A DNA stretch of 64,000 bases from NCBI GenBank assembly GCA_030649025.1, contig JAUSGO010000028.1, positions 1,074-65,073 of the forward strand, in the 5' to 3' direction. Made by a program: the position numbers and the translations under genes. The notes under the pieces were generated by a model. That model had not been told where the DNA came from. It searched no databases and saw only the letters and a list, made by a program, of their open reading frames with translations. This document shows positions 47,404-57,410 of the stretch, in pieces. This DNA is from a bacterium. Its GTDB lineage: Bacteria; Patescibacteriota; Minisyncoccia; JAUYLV01. How positions within the stretch are numbered: the first letter of the stretch is position 1; every line of letters starts with the position of its first letter.

Positions 47404-49482
47404 TTAAACGCGCTCAACGGAAAACACGTTCTTGACCGACCTAATATCGCCGATAAGTTCCGTCAACTCATCCATGCTCCGCACCTCCACCGTCACAATC
47501 TGCACCCCCTCGCCGTCAGGCGTATCGTAGGCGGTAAGAGACAAAATATTGAAGCCGGATTTCGAAATAGTTTCGCTTACGTCTCTTAACAGGCCAACGC
47601 GGGTTTGTCCACGCACCTTGATGGTCGCCGGATGCAGAGCAAGCGCATCTTTCTGCCAGGAGACGGGTATATGCCGTGGGGCTTTCGCTTTTTTTAGATT
47701 CGCGCAGGCCGCCTTGTGAATGGTGATGCCGCCCTGCACCGTCGTGTATCCTTCGATCGCTTCGCCGGGCAATGGAGAACAGCATTTGGCAAGACGCGTC
47801 AGAACCCCATGCATTCCTTTTACAACAACTCCTATGCCATCTGGAGAAGAAGTCGGCTTTTTCTCCTTTGACTGCGCCGCCATCTCTTCGGGCATCAATT
47901 CAATCTTTTCAGCACGTTCCTCTTCTTGATCTATTACATCGCGTCTCTTGATCCACGCGGTAATTTTCTTTCTTGCTTCGGATGTTTTTATGAAAAACAG
48001 CCAGTCGCGGCTTGGCTGGGGGTCTTTGCGCGTCATAATTTCCACAAGCATGCCGCTCTCCAGCGCCTGAGAAAGGGGAATGATGCGCCCATCCGCTTTG
48101 GCTCCTGCGCAGCGGTGTCCGATCTCCGAATGTATAGCATATGCAAAATCAACAGCGGTCGCGCCGACCGGCAGGTCAATGATATCGCCTCTCGGGGTGA
48201 ATACGAAAATCCGCCTTTTAAGGAACTCAAGCTTCAGCGCATCCACGAATTCTTTAGACCCCTTGGCGGCTTTCTGCCATTCTTGAAGCTGATCGATCCA
48301 TTTAAGTTTGCTTCCGAGTCCTGCGTTGAGAACTTTTTTGGATGTCCTTTTTTCTCCCTGGCGTTTTTTATAATGCCAATGGGCGGCAATGCCGTATTCG
48401 GCCTCCTCGTGCATTGCGGGCGTACGGATCTGAAACTCGGTAATGCGCCCGTCCACACAGAATACCGTGGTATGCAAACTTTGGTATCCGCTGCCTTTGG
48501 GAAGCGCAATGTAATCCTTGATGCGTCCCGGGAGCGGCGTGAAATGTTTATGCAATACTCCCAGCGCCCGATAGCATTCTTCGACGCTTTTTACAATAAT
48601 ACGAAGCGCCACCAAATCGTGAACCTTTCCCAGGTCCATATCGTGTGCAAGCAGTTTTTGGTAGAGAGACCAGTAATGCTTCGGGCGCGCGTGCAGTTCC
48701 AGGGGCACAAGATCGTCGGCGGCAAGATGTTCTTTTATAATAGGAACTACTTTTTCTGCATACGCCTCGCGCTCCGCATAAACCTTATCTATCCTCTGTA
48801 GGAGCCATTCATATTCCTTCGGATGCAGATGCGGGAAGGCGAGGTCCTCCAGTTGCCCCTTCCATTCACCCATGCCCAGACGACTCGCGAGCGGCGCATA
48901 AATATCCATGGTCTCCTGCGCGACTCTTTGGCATTTTTCGGTCGTACACGTGCGCAGCGTTTGCATGTTATGAAGCCTGTCGGCAAGCTTGATGAGCGCT
49001 ACACGGATGTCCTGGGCAGTTGCAAGAAACATTTTCCGCAAAGTTTCGGTGCGCGCCGCACTACCCCCGGTGGGAATTTTTTCGAGCTTGGTGACGCCTT
49101 CCACAAAAAAAGCGACTTCTTCTCCGAAGATTTCTCGGATCTCATCAATCGTGACGGGAGTGTCTTCCGCAACATCATGCAAAAGTCCCGCTACAACCGT
49201 CGAGGTATCCATGCCCACATCGGCAAGCAATGAGGCAACCGCCGTCGGATGCGTAATGTAAGGCTCGCCGCTATCGCGCTTCTGGCTTTGGTGGGCTCTT
49301 GCGGCAACGTCATACGCGCGCTCAATCGTTTCCGCGTCAAGATGCGGATTTTTTTTTATAACAACAATGAGTTGATCCTTGGTCATACCAAATACTAGAG
49401 CCCAATGCAAGAACGCATGCCCCCACCGGGCTTCAATGATGAGAAGCGAAGCGACGAAACCCCGTGCTACGCCGCAGGGCAT
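47404..49482 (-). CDS. rel: bifunctional (p)ppGpp synthetase/hydrolase RelA/SpoT homologue
   Basis: HD hydrolase domain (HDVAEDT), synthetase domain, TGS and ACT domains in canonical order. Confidence 0.85.
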   Translation of the reverse strand: MPCGVARGFVASLLIIEARWGHAFLHWALVFGMTKDQLIVVIKKNPHLDAETIERAYDVAARAHQSQKRDSGEPYITHPTAVASLLADVGMDTSTVVAGLLHDVAEDTPVTIDEIREIFGEEVAFFVEGVTKLEKIPTGGSAARTETLRKMFLATAQDIRVALIKLADRLHNMQTLRTCTTEKCQRVAQETMDIYAPLASRLGMGEWKGQLEDLAFPHLHPKEYEWLLQRIDKVYAEREAYAEKVVPIIKEHLAADDLVPLELHARPKHYWSLYQKLLAHDMDLGKVHDLVALRIIVKSVEECYRALGVLHKHFTPLPGRIKDYIALPKGSGYQSLHTTVFCVDGRITEFQIRTPAMHEEAEYGIAAHWHYKKRQGEKRTSKKVLNAGLGSKLKWIDQLQEWQKAAKGSKEFVDALKLEFLKRRIFVFTPRGDIIDLPVGATAVDFAYAIHSEIGHRCAGAKADGRIIPLSQALESGMLVEIMTRKDPQPSRDWLFFIKTSEARKKITAWIKRRDVIDQEEERAEKIELMPEEMAAQSKEKKPTSSPDGIGVVVKGMHGVLTRLAKCCSPLPGEAIEGYTTVQGGITIHKAACANLKKAKAPRHIPVSWQKDALALHPATIKVRGQTRVGLLRDVSETISKSGFNILSLTAYDTPDGEGVQIVTVEVRSMDELTELIGDIRSVKNVFSVERV

Positions 49483-49588
49483 GGCGCAAAGTTCTGGTGC
49501 CGAACACGCCTTTCTCTTCTACTGTATCCCCGATGGGGACACGTTGACAAGTATGGCGTTTATCATATAATGAGCGCTCGGATGTTTT

Positions 49589-50053
49589 TTGAAAATCTTA
49601 TTATCGTCTTGTCATCGGAACGGAGGGACAATGCTCTACATTATTTTTGCGGCAATCGCGCTTGGAGCGGCGTCCCGGTTTTTATGGCTGCAATATCACA
49701 GAAAGCCCGGAGACGCATTCCACGCCAAACGCGGAATTACCATAACCCTACTTGCCACCGCCGCGCTCTTCTCTATTGAATACGCGCTGTGGAACAACAT
49801 TGTGATACTTTTCAAGTATCTGCCGCTTCTTGTGCTGCATTTGTTTTTTGCCATTCCAACGCTCATCGCACTTGGCGTCATTACGGCAACCGGTATTGCA
49901 ACCTATCGCACAACGTTCCGTACAAAACGCGAAGAACATGACCGGCCCCTGCCCGCGCGCACGCATCGGTTTCTTGCAAAATACTTTTGGTATGCGTGGA
50001 TTGCAACAATCACCACCGGCCTTATGTTTTTCGTCGCCTCTATCCGCTCATAG
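49589..50053 (+). CDS. hypothetical polytopic membrane protein (DUF420-like)
   Basis: 4 predicted TM helices; probable start at MLYIIF (about 49631). Confidence 0.45.
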   Translation: MKILLSSCHRNGGTMLYIIFAAIALGAASRFLWLQYHRKPGDAFHAKRGITITLLATAALFSIEYALWNNIVILFKYLPLLVLHLFFAIPTLIALGVITATGIATYRTTFRTKREEHDRPLPARTHRFLAKYFWYAWIATITTGLMFFVASIRS

Positions 50054-50116
50054 CTCCTTTTTCCGGGGGCTTTTTGTATTTCGTCACTACGCTTGCGTTT
50101 TTCCTAAAAATGCGCC

Positions 50117-51082
50117 ATGATAATTCTTCCGTTGTTTGACAATTTTGCAGGCAAACAGGGGCAAAAGAAGGGAGACGAGATGATGCGTGCCCTATTGATA
50201 GAACTTTCGAGAAATAAATGGATAGCCCGCCGGGTCACGAAAAATGGATGGGCTTGCCGTATGGCGCGCAGATTCGTTGCGGGCGAGACCCTCGAGGATG
50301 CTATTGGGACGGCAAGACGTCTCAATTCCGAAGGACTTGCCGTGAGCCTCGACTACCTCGGGGAGCACGCGCAAGGTCGCGAGGCCGCCCATTGCGCTGG
50401 ACTTACCTATCTCCGGATTCTTGAGCGCATCGCAAATGAGGGGCTTGACGCGAACATTTCCGTAAAACTCACCCAGCTTGGACTCGAGGTGAACGACGAT
50501 CTGTGCGAAGAGCTTATCACCTCGCTCTGTGTCCATCTGCGTGATTCTTCCCAAATAGTGCGCGTCGACATGGAGGGTTCCGCTTACACCCAGCGAACGA
50601 TTAATGTCGTAAAAAATGTTCTACAGAGAATGCCATCAATCGGTATCGTCATCCAGGCGTATCTGTACCGCAGCGAGCACGACATTGAAGAACTTTTAAA
50701 GCGCGGCTGCCGGATACGGCTTTGTAAGGGCGCGTACCGGGAGAAGCCGAATATCGCGTTTCCCAAAAAACGAGATGTGGATGCAAATTTTTTGAAACTT
50801 ATGAAAACGCTTCTTGCAAGCGGCGTCTATCATGGCATCGCCACGCACGATGAAAACATGATCGAGGCGACAAAAGACTTTGTTGAGACACGCGGAATCA
50901 AAAAAGATGCATTCGAGTTCCAGATGCTCTACGGTATTCGAGGAGATATTCAAAAAAAACTAGTGCACGACGGCTATCGCGTACGCGCATACGTTCCCTA
51001 CGGAACGGAGTGGTTTCCGTACTTCATGCGGCGGCTGGCCGAACGCCCCGCGAATCTTTTCTTTCTTCTCCGCAATCTCTAA
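50117..51082 (+). CDS. proline dehydrogenase (PutA-type PRODH domain only)
   Basis: PRODH beta8-alpha8 barrel motifs: VSLDYLGEH, ISVKLTQLG, VRVDMEGSAYTQ, IVIQAYLYRSEHDI, RIRLCKGAY; probable true start about 50180. Confidence 0.6.
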   Translation: MIILPLFDNFAGKQGQKKGDEMMRALLIELSRNKWIARRVTKNGWACRMARRFVAGETLEDAIGTARRLNSEGLAVSLDYLGEHAQGREAAHCAGLTYLRILERIANEGLDANISVKLTQLGLEVNDDLCEELITSLCVHLRDSSQIVRVDMEGSAYTQRTINVVKNVLQRMPSIGIVIQAYLYRSEHDIEELLKRGCRIRLCKGAYREKPNIAFPKKRDVDANFLKLMKTLLASGVYHGIATHDENMIEATKDFVETRGIKKDAFEFQMLYGIRGDIQKKLVHDGYRVRAYVPYGTEWFPYFMRRLAERPANLFFLLRNL

Positions 51083-51308
51083 ATAACTGACGGGCCATAA
51101 ACCCTCATCTCGGCGTACCCATGCGCCGATTTTTATTTATTCCGCAAAAAACCGATACTATGGGCATCGGTGCCCGCCCCACCCTTGACGAACAATCCCC
51201 AACGGGGCTTGAACATCCCTGGGCTTTACTTGTTATGCAGGATTATGCTAGAGTGCAGATGTTATTTTCCAAGTGAATACTCAGAAAAAATCGTAAAGGA
51301 GGGTCTCC

Positions 51309-53387
51309 ATGAAAAACGAAATCCCGAACGACATTAACGGACTTTTGGAACATGACCGAAGCGAACAGGGAAAGAAGGTCTTTCGCGGAACTTGCCGCGA
51401 ATACCTGGATATTGTGCGGGCTAATCCTGGGATCGTGCGACTTGCCCACGCTACCGTCTACGATCACGTTATCATGGCGGCCGGCGTAACCACCGTCGAC
51501 GTTGAAAAGGACCCGCGCCTGCGTCGGCTTTACAGCGCGGAAACCTTGCGGGAACTTAATTTTTTCAAAGATAAATTTTTCGGAATTCGCGATACGGTGG
51601 ATGCTATCGGACGCTACTTCCAGGGAGCCAAAAATCGTGGCGAGGAGTCTCGACAGATCCTCTACTTCGTGGGGCCCGTCGGATCTGGAAAAACTTCTTT
51701 GGTTGAAGAATTAAAGAAGGGTATGGAGAGTGCGCCGCCCGTCTATGCCGTCAAGGATTGTCCGCAGCAAGACGCCCCGCTCCTTCTTATCCCCAAGCAC
51801 CTGAGAAAAAAGATGGAGGGGCTGCTCGGCGTGAGAATTGAGGGAGATATTTGTCCCGTCTGCCGCTATCGCCTCACCGAAACCGACAAGATCGAACGGC
51901 TAACCAAGGATTGTTTCGCGAACGAGAAGTGTCTCATCGACAACGACAAGAAAAAAGGAGTCGACTGGCCGGCGTTCTGGAAAATGTATCATCAAGAGTT
52001 CGATTATCGTGACGAGGCGGGGAATGTGCTTTGGGAAAAGTATCCCGTGGAAATGGTTTCCTTCTCCATCCGTGCTCGGCGCGGTATCGCTTCGGTCCCG
52101 CCGACCGACCCGAATAATCAGGATACCAGCGTCATTTTCGGCGATATCGATATTTCCAAGATCGACCGATATCCGGAAGATCATCCGCTGGTATTGCGTC
52201 TGAACGGCGCCTGTAACCGCGGAAACCGTGGCATTGTGGAATTCATCGAGATCTTTAAGAACCCGCCGGAGTTTTTACATCCGGTCATTACCGCTACGCA
52301 GGAGAAGGCCATTCCTTCGCCGGGCAAAACCGCAATGATCTATTTTGACGGCGTTATCATCGCCCACTCCAACGAACCCGACTATAACAAGTTCATTTCC
52401 GACAATTCCAACGTCGCCATCCAAAATCGCGTCTACCCCATCCGCGTTCCTTATGCGATCGAAATTTCCGAGGAGACCGCGATATACGAGAAGTATCTGA
52501 AAAGCACCGATTTCAAAGGAAGCGTCGCGCCACACACTCTGGAGGTCGCGGCGATGTTTTCGGTGCTGACGCGTTTGAAGCCGTCGCAGAAGTGCGATCT
52601 CTTGACAAAGTTGTATCTGTATGACGGCCGCGCAGTCATCGAGAAGGGACAGGCCAAGCGCATTGATATTTCGGAATTGAAAGAGGAAGCAACGAACGAG
52701 GGCATGTCTGGCATTTCCACGCGCACCATCTTCAAAGCCATCGATTATGCCATCTCCATGAGCGATCATGATTGCATCAATCCGCTTACTATCCGCGAGG
52801 CTATCATGGAAATGCTCAAAAAAGAGCACCTTGCCGATGATATGCGTATGCGATACGTGGAAGAAATTCTGCGCGGGATCGTACACAAGGAATATCTGAA
52901 GATCCTGGAAAAAGAAATCACTCGCGCCTACGTGCATGCATACGAGGATCGTGCCGAAACATTCTTCCAGAATTACTGGGATAACGTAGCGGCCTGGTGC
53001 CTTCACAAAAAGGTCAAGGACCGCGCTACCAAGGAAGAGCGCGATCCGGATATCGCCAGCATGTCGGCAGTCGAGGGGCAGCTTGGCCTTTCCGGAGGAG
53101 CTACCGAAGGATTCCGGCACGATTTCATTGCCTACGCGCAGGAAGTACTTCGCGGAGGAGGAAAGCTTTCATACAAGAGCTATGAGCCGCTTAAGGAAGC
53201 CATTGAGGGCGTGCTTACCGCATCTCTCCGCAAGGAAGCCCGTATTATTACCGGGGCAACCGCGCGCGACGATGAACAGGGTAAGCGGTACGACGCCATG
53301 ATCGAACGTATGCGAACAATCGGATACCATCCGCACTGCTCGGAAGTGATTCTCCGATATGCGTACAATAACGTCTGGAAAGACTAA
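51309..53387 (+). CDS. prkA: PrkA-family serine protein kinase (YeaG-like, AAA+ N-domain)
   Basis: ILYFVGPVGSGKTSLVEELKKGME...YAVKDCP...ICPVCRYRL typical of PrkA/YeaG. Confidence 0.8.
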   Translation: MKNEIPNDINGLLEHDRSEQGKKVFRGTCREYLDIVRANPGIVRLAHATVYDHVIMAAGVTTVDVEKDPRLRRLYSAETLRELNFFKDKFFGIRDTVDAIGRYFQGAKNRGEESRQILYFVGPVGSGKTSLVEELKKGMESAPPVYAVKDCPQQDAPLLLIPKHLRKKMEGLLGVRIEGDICPVCRYRLTETDKIERLTKDCFANEKCLIDNDKKKGVDWPAFWKMYHQEFDYRDEAGNVLWEKYPVEMVSFSIRARRGIASVPPTDPNNQDTSVIFGDIDISKIDRYPEDHPLVLRLNGACNRGNRGIVEFIEIFKNPPEFLHPVITATQEKAIPSPGKTAMIYFDGVIIAHSNEPDYNKFISDNSNVAIQNRVYPIRVPYAIEISEETAIYEKYLKSTDFKGSVAPHTLEVAAMFSVLTRLKPSQKCDLLTKLYLYDGRAVIEKGQAKRIDISELKEEATNEGMSGISTRTIFKAIDYAISMSDHDCINPLTIREAIMEMLKKEHLADDMRMRYVEEILRGIVHKEYLKILEKEITRAYVHAYEDRAETFFQNYWDNVAAWCLHKKVKDRATKEERDPDIASMSAVEGQLGLSGGATEGFRHDFIAYAQEVLRGGGKLSYKSYEPLKEAIEGVLTASLRKEARIITGATARDDEQGKRYDAMIERMRTIGYHPHCSEVILRYAYNNVWKD

Positions 53388-53592
53388 TCTTTCCTGAAGT
53401 TCGGAGCCAAGACCGCTTGGCTCTTTTTTATTTCCAAGCGATCGGGCAGCGCATAATAATCTCCGTTTTGACGTCTAGAGAGCGCAGGAGCCCGAGAGCT
53501 TAATTTCCTTTATTTTTCCGTCCGCCGTTGACGGCGGGCAGGAAATCCCCTACCCTTAATAGGATATTGTTCATTGCCAATTTAAGACAAGT

Positions 53593-54816
53593 TTGACAGG
53601 AGGCCATATGGCTATATTCCGAGATTCTTCCAGAGAAAGCGACCGGGGCGCAGAAGACCGCGCCAGGCACCGAGAGCTCGTACGAGAATCGGTTCAGGAA
53701 AACATCGGGGATATCATCGGGGAAGAAGATATCATCGGCGTATCCGGAAATAAGAAAATCAGAGTTCCCATCCGTGGTATCAAGGAGTACCGTTTCGTTT
53801 ACGGAGAAAACGGTGGGGGCGTTGGCGAGGGCAAAGAAGGCATGGAGCCCGGTGACACCTTCTCTAAGCAAGGAGGGAAGGGCCGTATGCCGGGACCCGG
53901 CGGAGACGATCCCGGCGAGGAAATATATGAGACCGAGATCTTTCTCGACGAGCTTCTTGATATTGCCTTCGAGGACCTCATGTTGCCGGAAGAAGCGAAA
54001 AAGAGGCTTCGGGAGATCGAAGTAGAACAGCATGCCAAACGCTATGGCTACCGAAAGGCCGGACCCCCGCCGCGCCGATCAAAAAAGCGCACAGCGAGAG
54101 AACGGCTGAAGCGCAAGAAGGCAACCGAACGCGCAACGCTGGAACGGGCAGAAGACCAAGCCTTGTCTCCCGCCACACCCCTGGACGGCCAGGAAGAACA
54201 TTTTCCCTTCCACAATCAGGACCTTCGGTATCACTACGTAAAGAAAACGAAGCGCCGTGAATCGAACGCCGTGGTGTTTTGCGTCATGGATGTTTCCGGT
54301 TCCATGGATATTACCAAAAAATATCTTGCGCGCATGTTCTACTTCCTGCTCTATCGATTCCTAAAAACGAAATACGCGCGAGTAGAAGTGGTGTTCATCG
54401 TACACCACACCGTGGCCCGGGAAGCCACCGAACAGGAATTCTTCCACCACGTGGAATCCGGCGGCACCCATATTTCCAGCGGCGCCATAAAGGCGCTTGA
54501 GATCGTCGATGAGCGCTTTGACCCCACGGTATGGAATATTCACTACTTCCACTGCTCCGATGGCGAAAATTTCGAGCATGATAACCCGGCAGCGATCAAA
54601 GCGTTTCGCCAGCTGACCGATATTGCCAATCTCGTTGGCTATGGAGAGATCAAGCCGGAAACGGGATTTGACTGGGGAAGCATCACGCCAATCCTTGAAA
54701 AAGAAATTCGCGCGGATAACTTTGCCGTAGTAAAAATCCGAGATCGGAAAGATCTCTGGAAGGCATTCAAAGAACTTCTCTCCAAGGAGCAGCTGGATCG
54801 GAGGAAAACATCATGA
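53593..54816 (+). CDS. YeaH/DUF444 (UPF0229) family protein with vWA-like domain
   Basis: N-terminal R..L...V.ENIGDIIGEEDIIG...KIRVPIRGIKEYRFVYGENGGGVGEG; vWA-like MDVSGSM; conserved partner of PrkA. Confidence 0.75.
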   Translation: MTGGHMAIFRDSSRESDRGAEDRARHRELVRESVQENIGDIIGEEDIIGVSGNKKIRVPIRGIKEYRFVYGENGGGVGEGKEGMEPGDTFSKQGGKGRMPGPGGDDPGEEIYETEIFLDELLDIAFEDLMLPEEAKKRLREIEVEQHAKRYGYRKAGPPPRRSKKRTARERLKRKKATERATLERAEDQALSPATPLDGQEEHFPFHNQDLRYHYVKKTKRRESNAVVFCVMDVSGSMDITKKYLARMFYFLLYRFLKTKYARVEVVFIVHHTVAREATEQEFFHHVESGGTHISSGAIKALEIVDERFDPTVWNIHYFHCSDGENFEHDNPAAIKAFRQLTDIANLVGYGEIKPETGFDWGSITPILEKEIRADNFAVVKIRDRKDLWKAFKELLSKEQLDRRKTS

Positions 54817-56318
54817 CCGACTGGACCATAAAAGACTTGGAACGTTATGAAGAGGCCATTTCCAAGATCGCCAAAGAAGAGGGGCTGAACTGCTTTGAAC
54901 AGGAGTACGAGATATGCGACCATGCGGAGATGATCGGCTATATGGCCTACAACGGTATGCCCGCCCACTACCCGCACTGGTCTTTTGGGAAATCATTCGA
55001 GCGCAGTGAGACTCTGTACCGCTACGGCGTGCAGGGCCTGCCCTACGAGATGGTGATCAACGCCGACCCATCTCTTGCCTACCTCATGCGCTCCAATTCT
55101 CTTGCATTGCACATTGTGACCATAGCGCATGCGGGATGTGGTCATAATGATTTCTTCAAGAATAATCGATGCTTCAGGCACACCCGACCCGAGTATACGA
55201 TGCAGCGCTTCAAGACACATGCGGACCGGGTGCGCGAATACACCAAAGACCCAAGCATCGGACGCCGACGCGTAGAGCAGGTGCTGACCGCGGCGCACGC
55301 CTTATCGCTGCATCGGAGGCGAAACATTGAAGCGCCGCGCCTGAATCAAGCCGAACAGCGCAAACGACTATTTGAATCTGCTCAGCCGCGAAAAGACGAG
55401 TGGACCGACATCCACTCTCGGCCCGACTATAAGACCCCGGATCTATCACGTGTCCCGCTTGAGCCGGAGGAGGACATCCTGCTTTTTATCAGGGACTTTA
55501 ATCCGTCCCTTGAATCTTGGGAAAAAGACTTGCTTACTATCGTTGCCGAGGAATCCGATTACTTCTGGCCGCAGATAGAAACCAAGATCATGAACGAAGG
55601 GTGGGCAACCTACTGGCACTATAAGATTCTGAACAGCCTGAAACTTCCTCCAGAATTGCACCTGGAATTCCTTAAACTGCACAATCAGGTTATCGCGCCG
55701 CACATCGGCTCAATCAATCCCTATCGTCTGGGATTTGAGCTTTTCAAGGATATTTACCGGCGGTGGGAGAATCCCACGCCGGAAGAGAAGGAGAAATATG
55801 GTCTGTCCGGCGGCGAGGGAAAATCGAAAATATTTTCCGTGCGCGCAGCCGAGCGCGATATTTCCTTTCTGCATCAGTATCTGACGGAGGAGTTCCTACG
55901 CCGCTTCTTTTTCGTCGAGTACGCCGAAGATGAAGAAGAAATTATGATCACCGACACGGTGGATGAGCATAACTGGCAAGATTTTCGCGGCCAGATCGTG
56001 CAAAACACTGGATCAAACTCCATTCCCGATATTCGGGTATACGACAGTAACTTCAAAAACGCCCAAACGCTACTTGCCCTGCACTGCTTTGACGGGCGCG
56101 AGCTCCACCCCGAATACGCCGCCCATACGCTGCGTCACTTTCAGACGCTTTGGCGCAGGCGGGTACATCTTTTAACCTGGAATCTCCGGGAAAAAGCATG
56201 CTGGCTCTACACCACGGATCCGTCCGATAAGATAACCCAGCATAAACATTGCGAATCTCCCGATTGCCCATTGCGAAAATGGCTGAAAGAGCGTGGGCAG
56301 GAGCACTTGATATTGTAG
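54813..56318 (+). CDS. SpoVR family protein (YcgB-like)
   Basis: AHYPHWSFGKSFERSETLYRYG...YEMVINADP...HAGCGHNDFFKNN; 4-nt overlap with upstream gene. Confidence 0.8.
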   Translation: MTDWTIKDLERYEEAISKIAKEEGLNCFEQEYEICDHAEMIGYMAYNGMPAHYPHWSFGKSFERSETLYRYGVQGLPYEMVINADPSLAYLMRSNSLALHIVTIAHAGCGHNDFFKNNRCFRHTRPEYTMQRFKTHADRVREYTKDPSIGRRRVEQVLTAAHALSLHRRRNIEAPRLNQAEQRKRLFESAQPRKDEWTDIHSRPDYKTPDLSRVPLEPEEDILLFIRDFNPSLESWEKDLLTIVAEESDYFWPQIETKIMNEGWATYWHYKILNSLKLPPELHLEFLKLHNQVIAPHIGSINPYRLGFELFKDIYRRWENPTPEEKEKYGLSGGEGKSKIFSVRAAERDISFLHQYLTEEFLRRFFFVEYAEDEEEIMITDTVDEHNWQDFRGQIVQNTGSNSIPDIRVYDSNFKNAQTLLALHCFDGRELHPEYAAHTLRHFQTLWRRRVHLLTWNLREKACWLYTTDPSDKITQHKHCESPDCPLRKWLKERGQEHLIL

Positions 56319-56332
56319 TGCGCTTGCTTCGA

Positions 56333-56357
56333 GCCCGGAATCGTCCGGGCTTTTTTA
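56333..56357 (+). terminator. rho-independent terminator of prkA-yeaH-spoVR operon
   Basis: gcccgga-atcg-tccgggc followed by ttttttatt. Confidence 0.6.
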
Positions 56358-56659
56358 TTGCTTCGTCTCCGACGGTGTCGTCGGAGCAACGAACAATAAA
56401 CCCCGCACCAATTCTTTGCAATGACTTTTGCACAACAAGAAGAGAATAGCAGACGATACCGAGGAATCTGGTTATAGCCGCTACGCGCGTATATGTCGGA
56501 ATTTGGCGTGGGGTCTTTTCCAAAATGACATCCTCCCCGGACTCCGCTTCGCTGCGTCCGGGGTTTCCTGGTAAAGAAAAAACGGGCGTCTCGGCGCCCG
56601 TATAGTGTTCGTCCCGTTAGAAGTAGTCCCGCTAAACGGGACGCGACTTTTAGCGGGGT

Positions 56660-57268
56660 TCATAAATCCGTGATGATGATTTTTTTGAGATCTTCCGCAA
56701 TCTCCGGAAGAAGCATGATGCTGTGTTCCTCAAACCACTGGCGGCTTTGTTCATTGTCACGCGCAAGATGTTTCCGGCACATCCGAAGAACCTCGTCAAT
56801 GTTGGCTCTCCAAAGATAACTCGCACGGATCTCGGCAAGCACCGAAACGTACGGCGCAAGATCCGAACCAAATACTCGAAAGACGGAATAATTCATGTCG
56901 CTCATCGGCACTCGTTCGGCCAAAAGTGCGTATGCTCGCTCTCCAACATCAACATAAAATTTCACGCCAAGTTGCGAATGCCGCACAAGATACGGTCCGA
57001 GAAATCCCGCGGCAAGAAGCGATGCATCTGCAATACCGCGAATGTTCTCGGTCTCTGCAAGAGGTTTTCTCCGAAAGACATATTCTCTTAGCTTGATGAG
57101 TAGTCCCTCCTTGGCAATCTTTGTTTGATGGTCCGGAGAAAATTGCTCAAGAAGCTCGGCAAGATACCGTTCGATTTTCGGATCTTCCTTGAGGCCCAAT
57201 TGGTGCCACGTCCGGTCAACCGCCTCCAAAAAGAACCTAAAAGACCTTGTAGCTCCCTCAATGTGCAT
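56660..57268 (-). CDS. hypothetical protein
   Basis: 202-aa ORF, convergent with spoVR; no motif. Confidence 0.45.
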   Translation of the reverse strand: MHIEGATRSFRFFLEAVDRTWHQLGLKEDPKIERYLAELLEQFSPDHQTKIAKEGLLIKLREYVFRRKPLAETENIRGIADASLLAAGFLGPYLVRHSQLGVKFYVDVGERAYALLAERVPMSDMNYSVFRVFGSDLAPYVSVLAEIRASYLWRANIDEVLRMCRKHLARDNEQSRQWFEEHSIMLLPEIAEDLKKIIITDL

Positions 57269-57410
57269 CTTCGGTCTCCTTTTGTGTCAATGTACGCACT
57301 CAACTATTTTACCATACCGCTTACCGGAAAACTTTGCAATTTTGACAGTTGTTCCGGTGCTTGGTATGTTTCGTCTGTTACCTTGAAAATCCGTATAAGA
57401 GGAGTTCTCG

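Noticed and set aside
47926-48801. 291-aa + strand ORF
   Set aside because: It is antisense to the rel (RelA/SpoT) gene.
52275-53120. 281-aa minus-strand ORF
   Set aside because: It is antisense to prkA and has no features. prkA is well supported.
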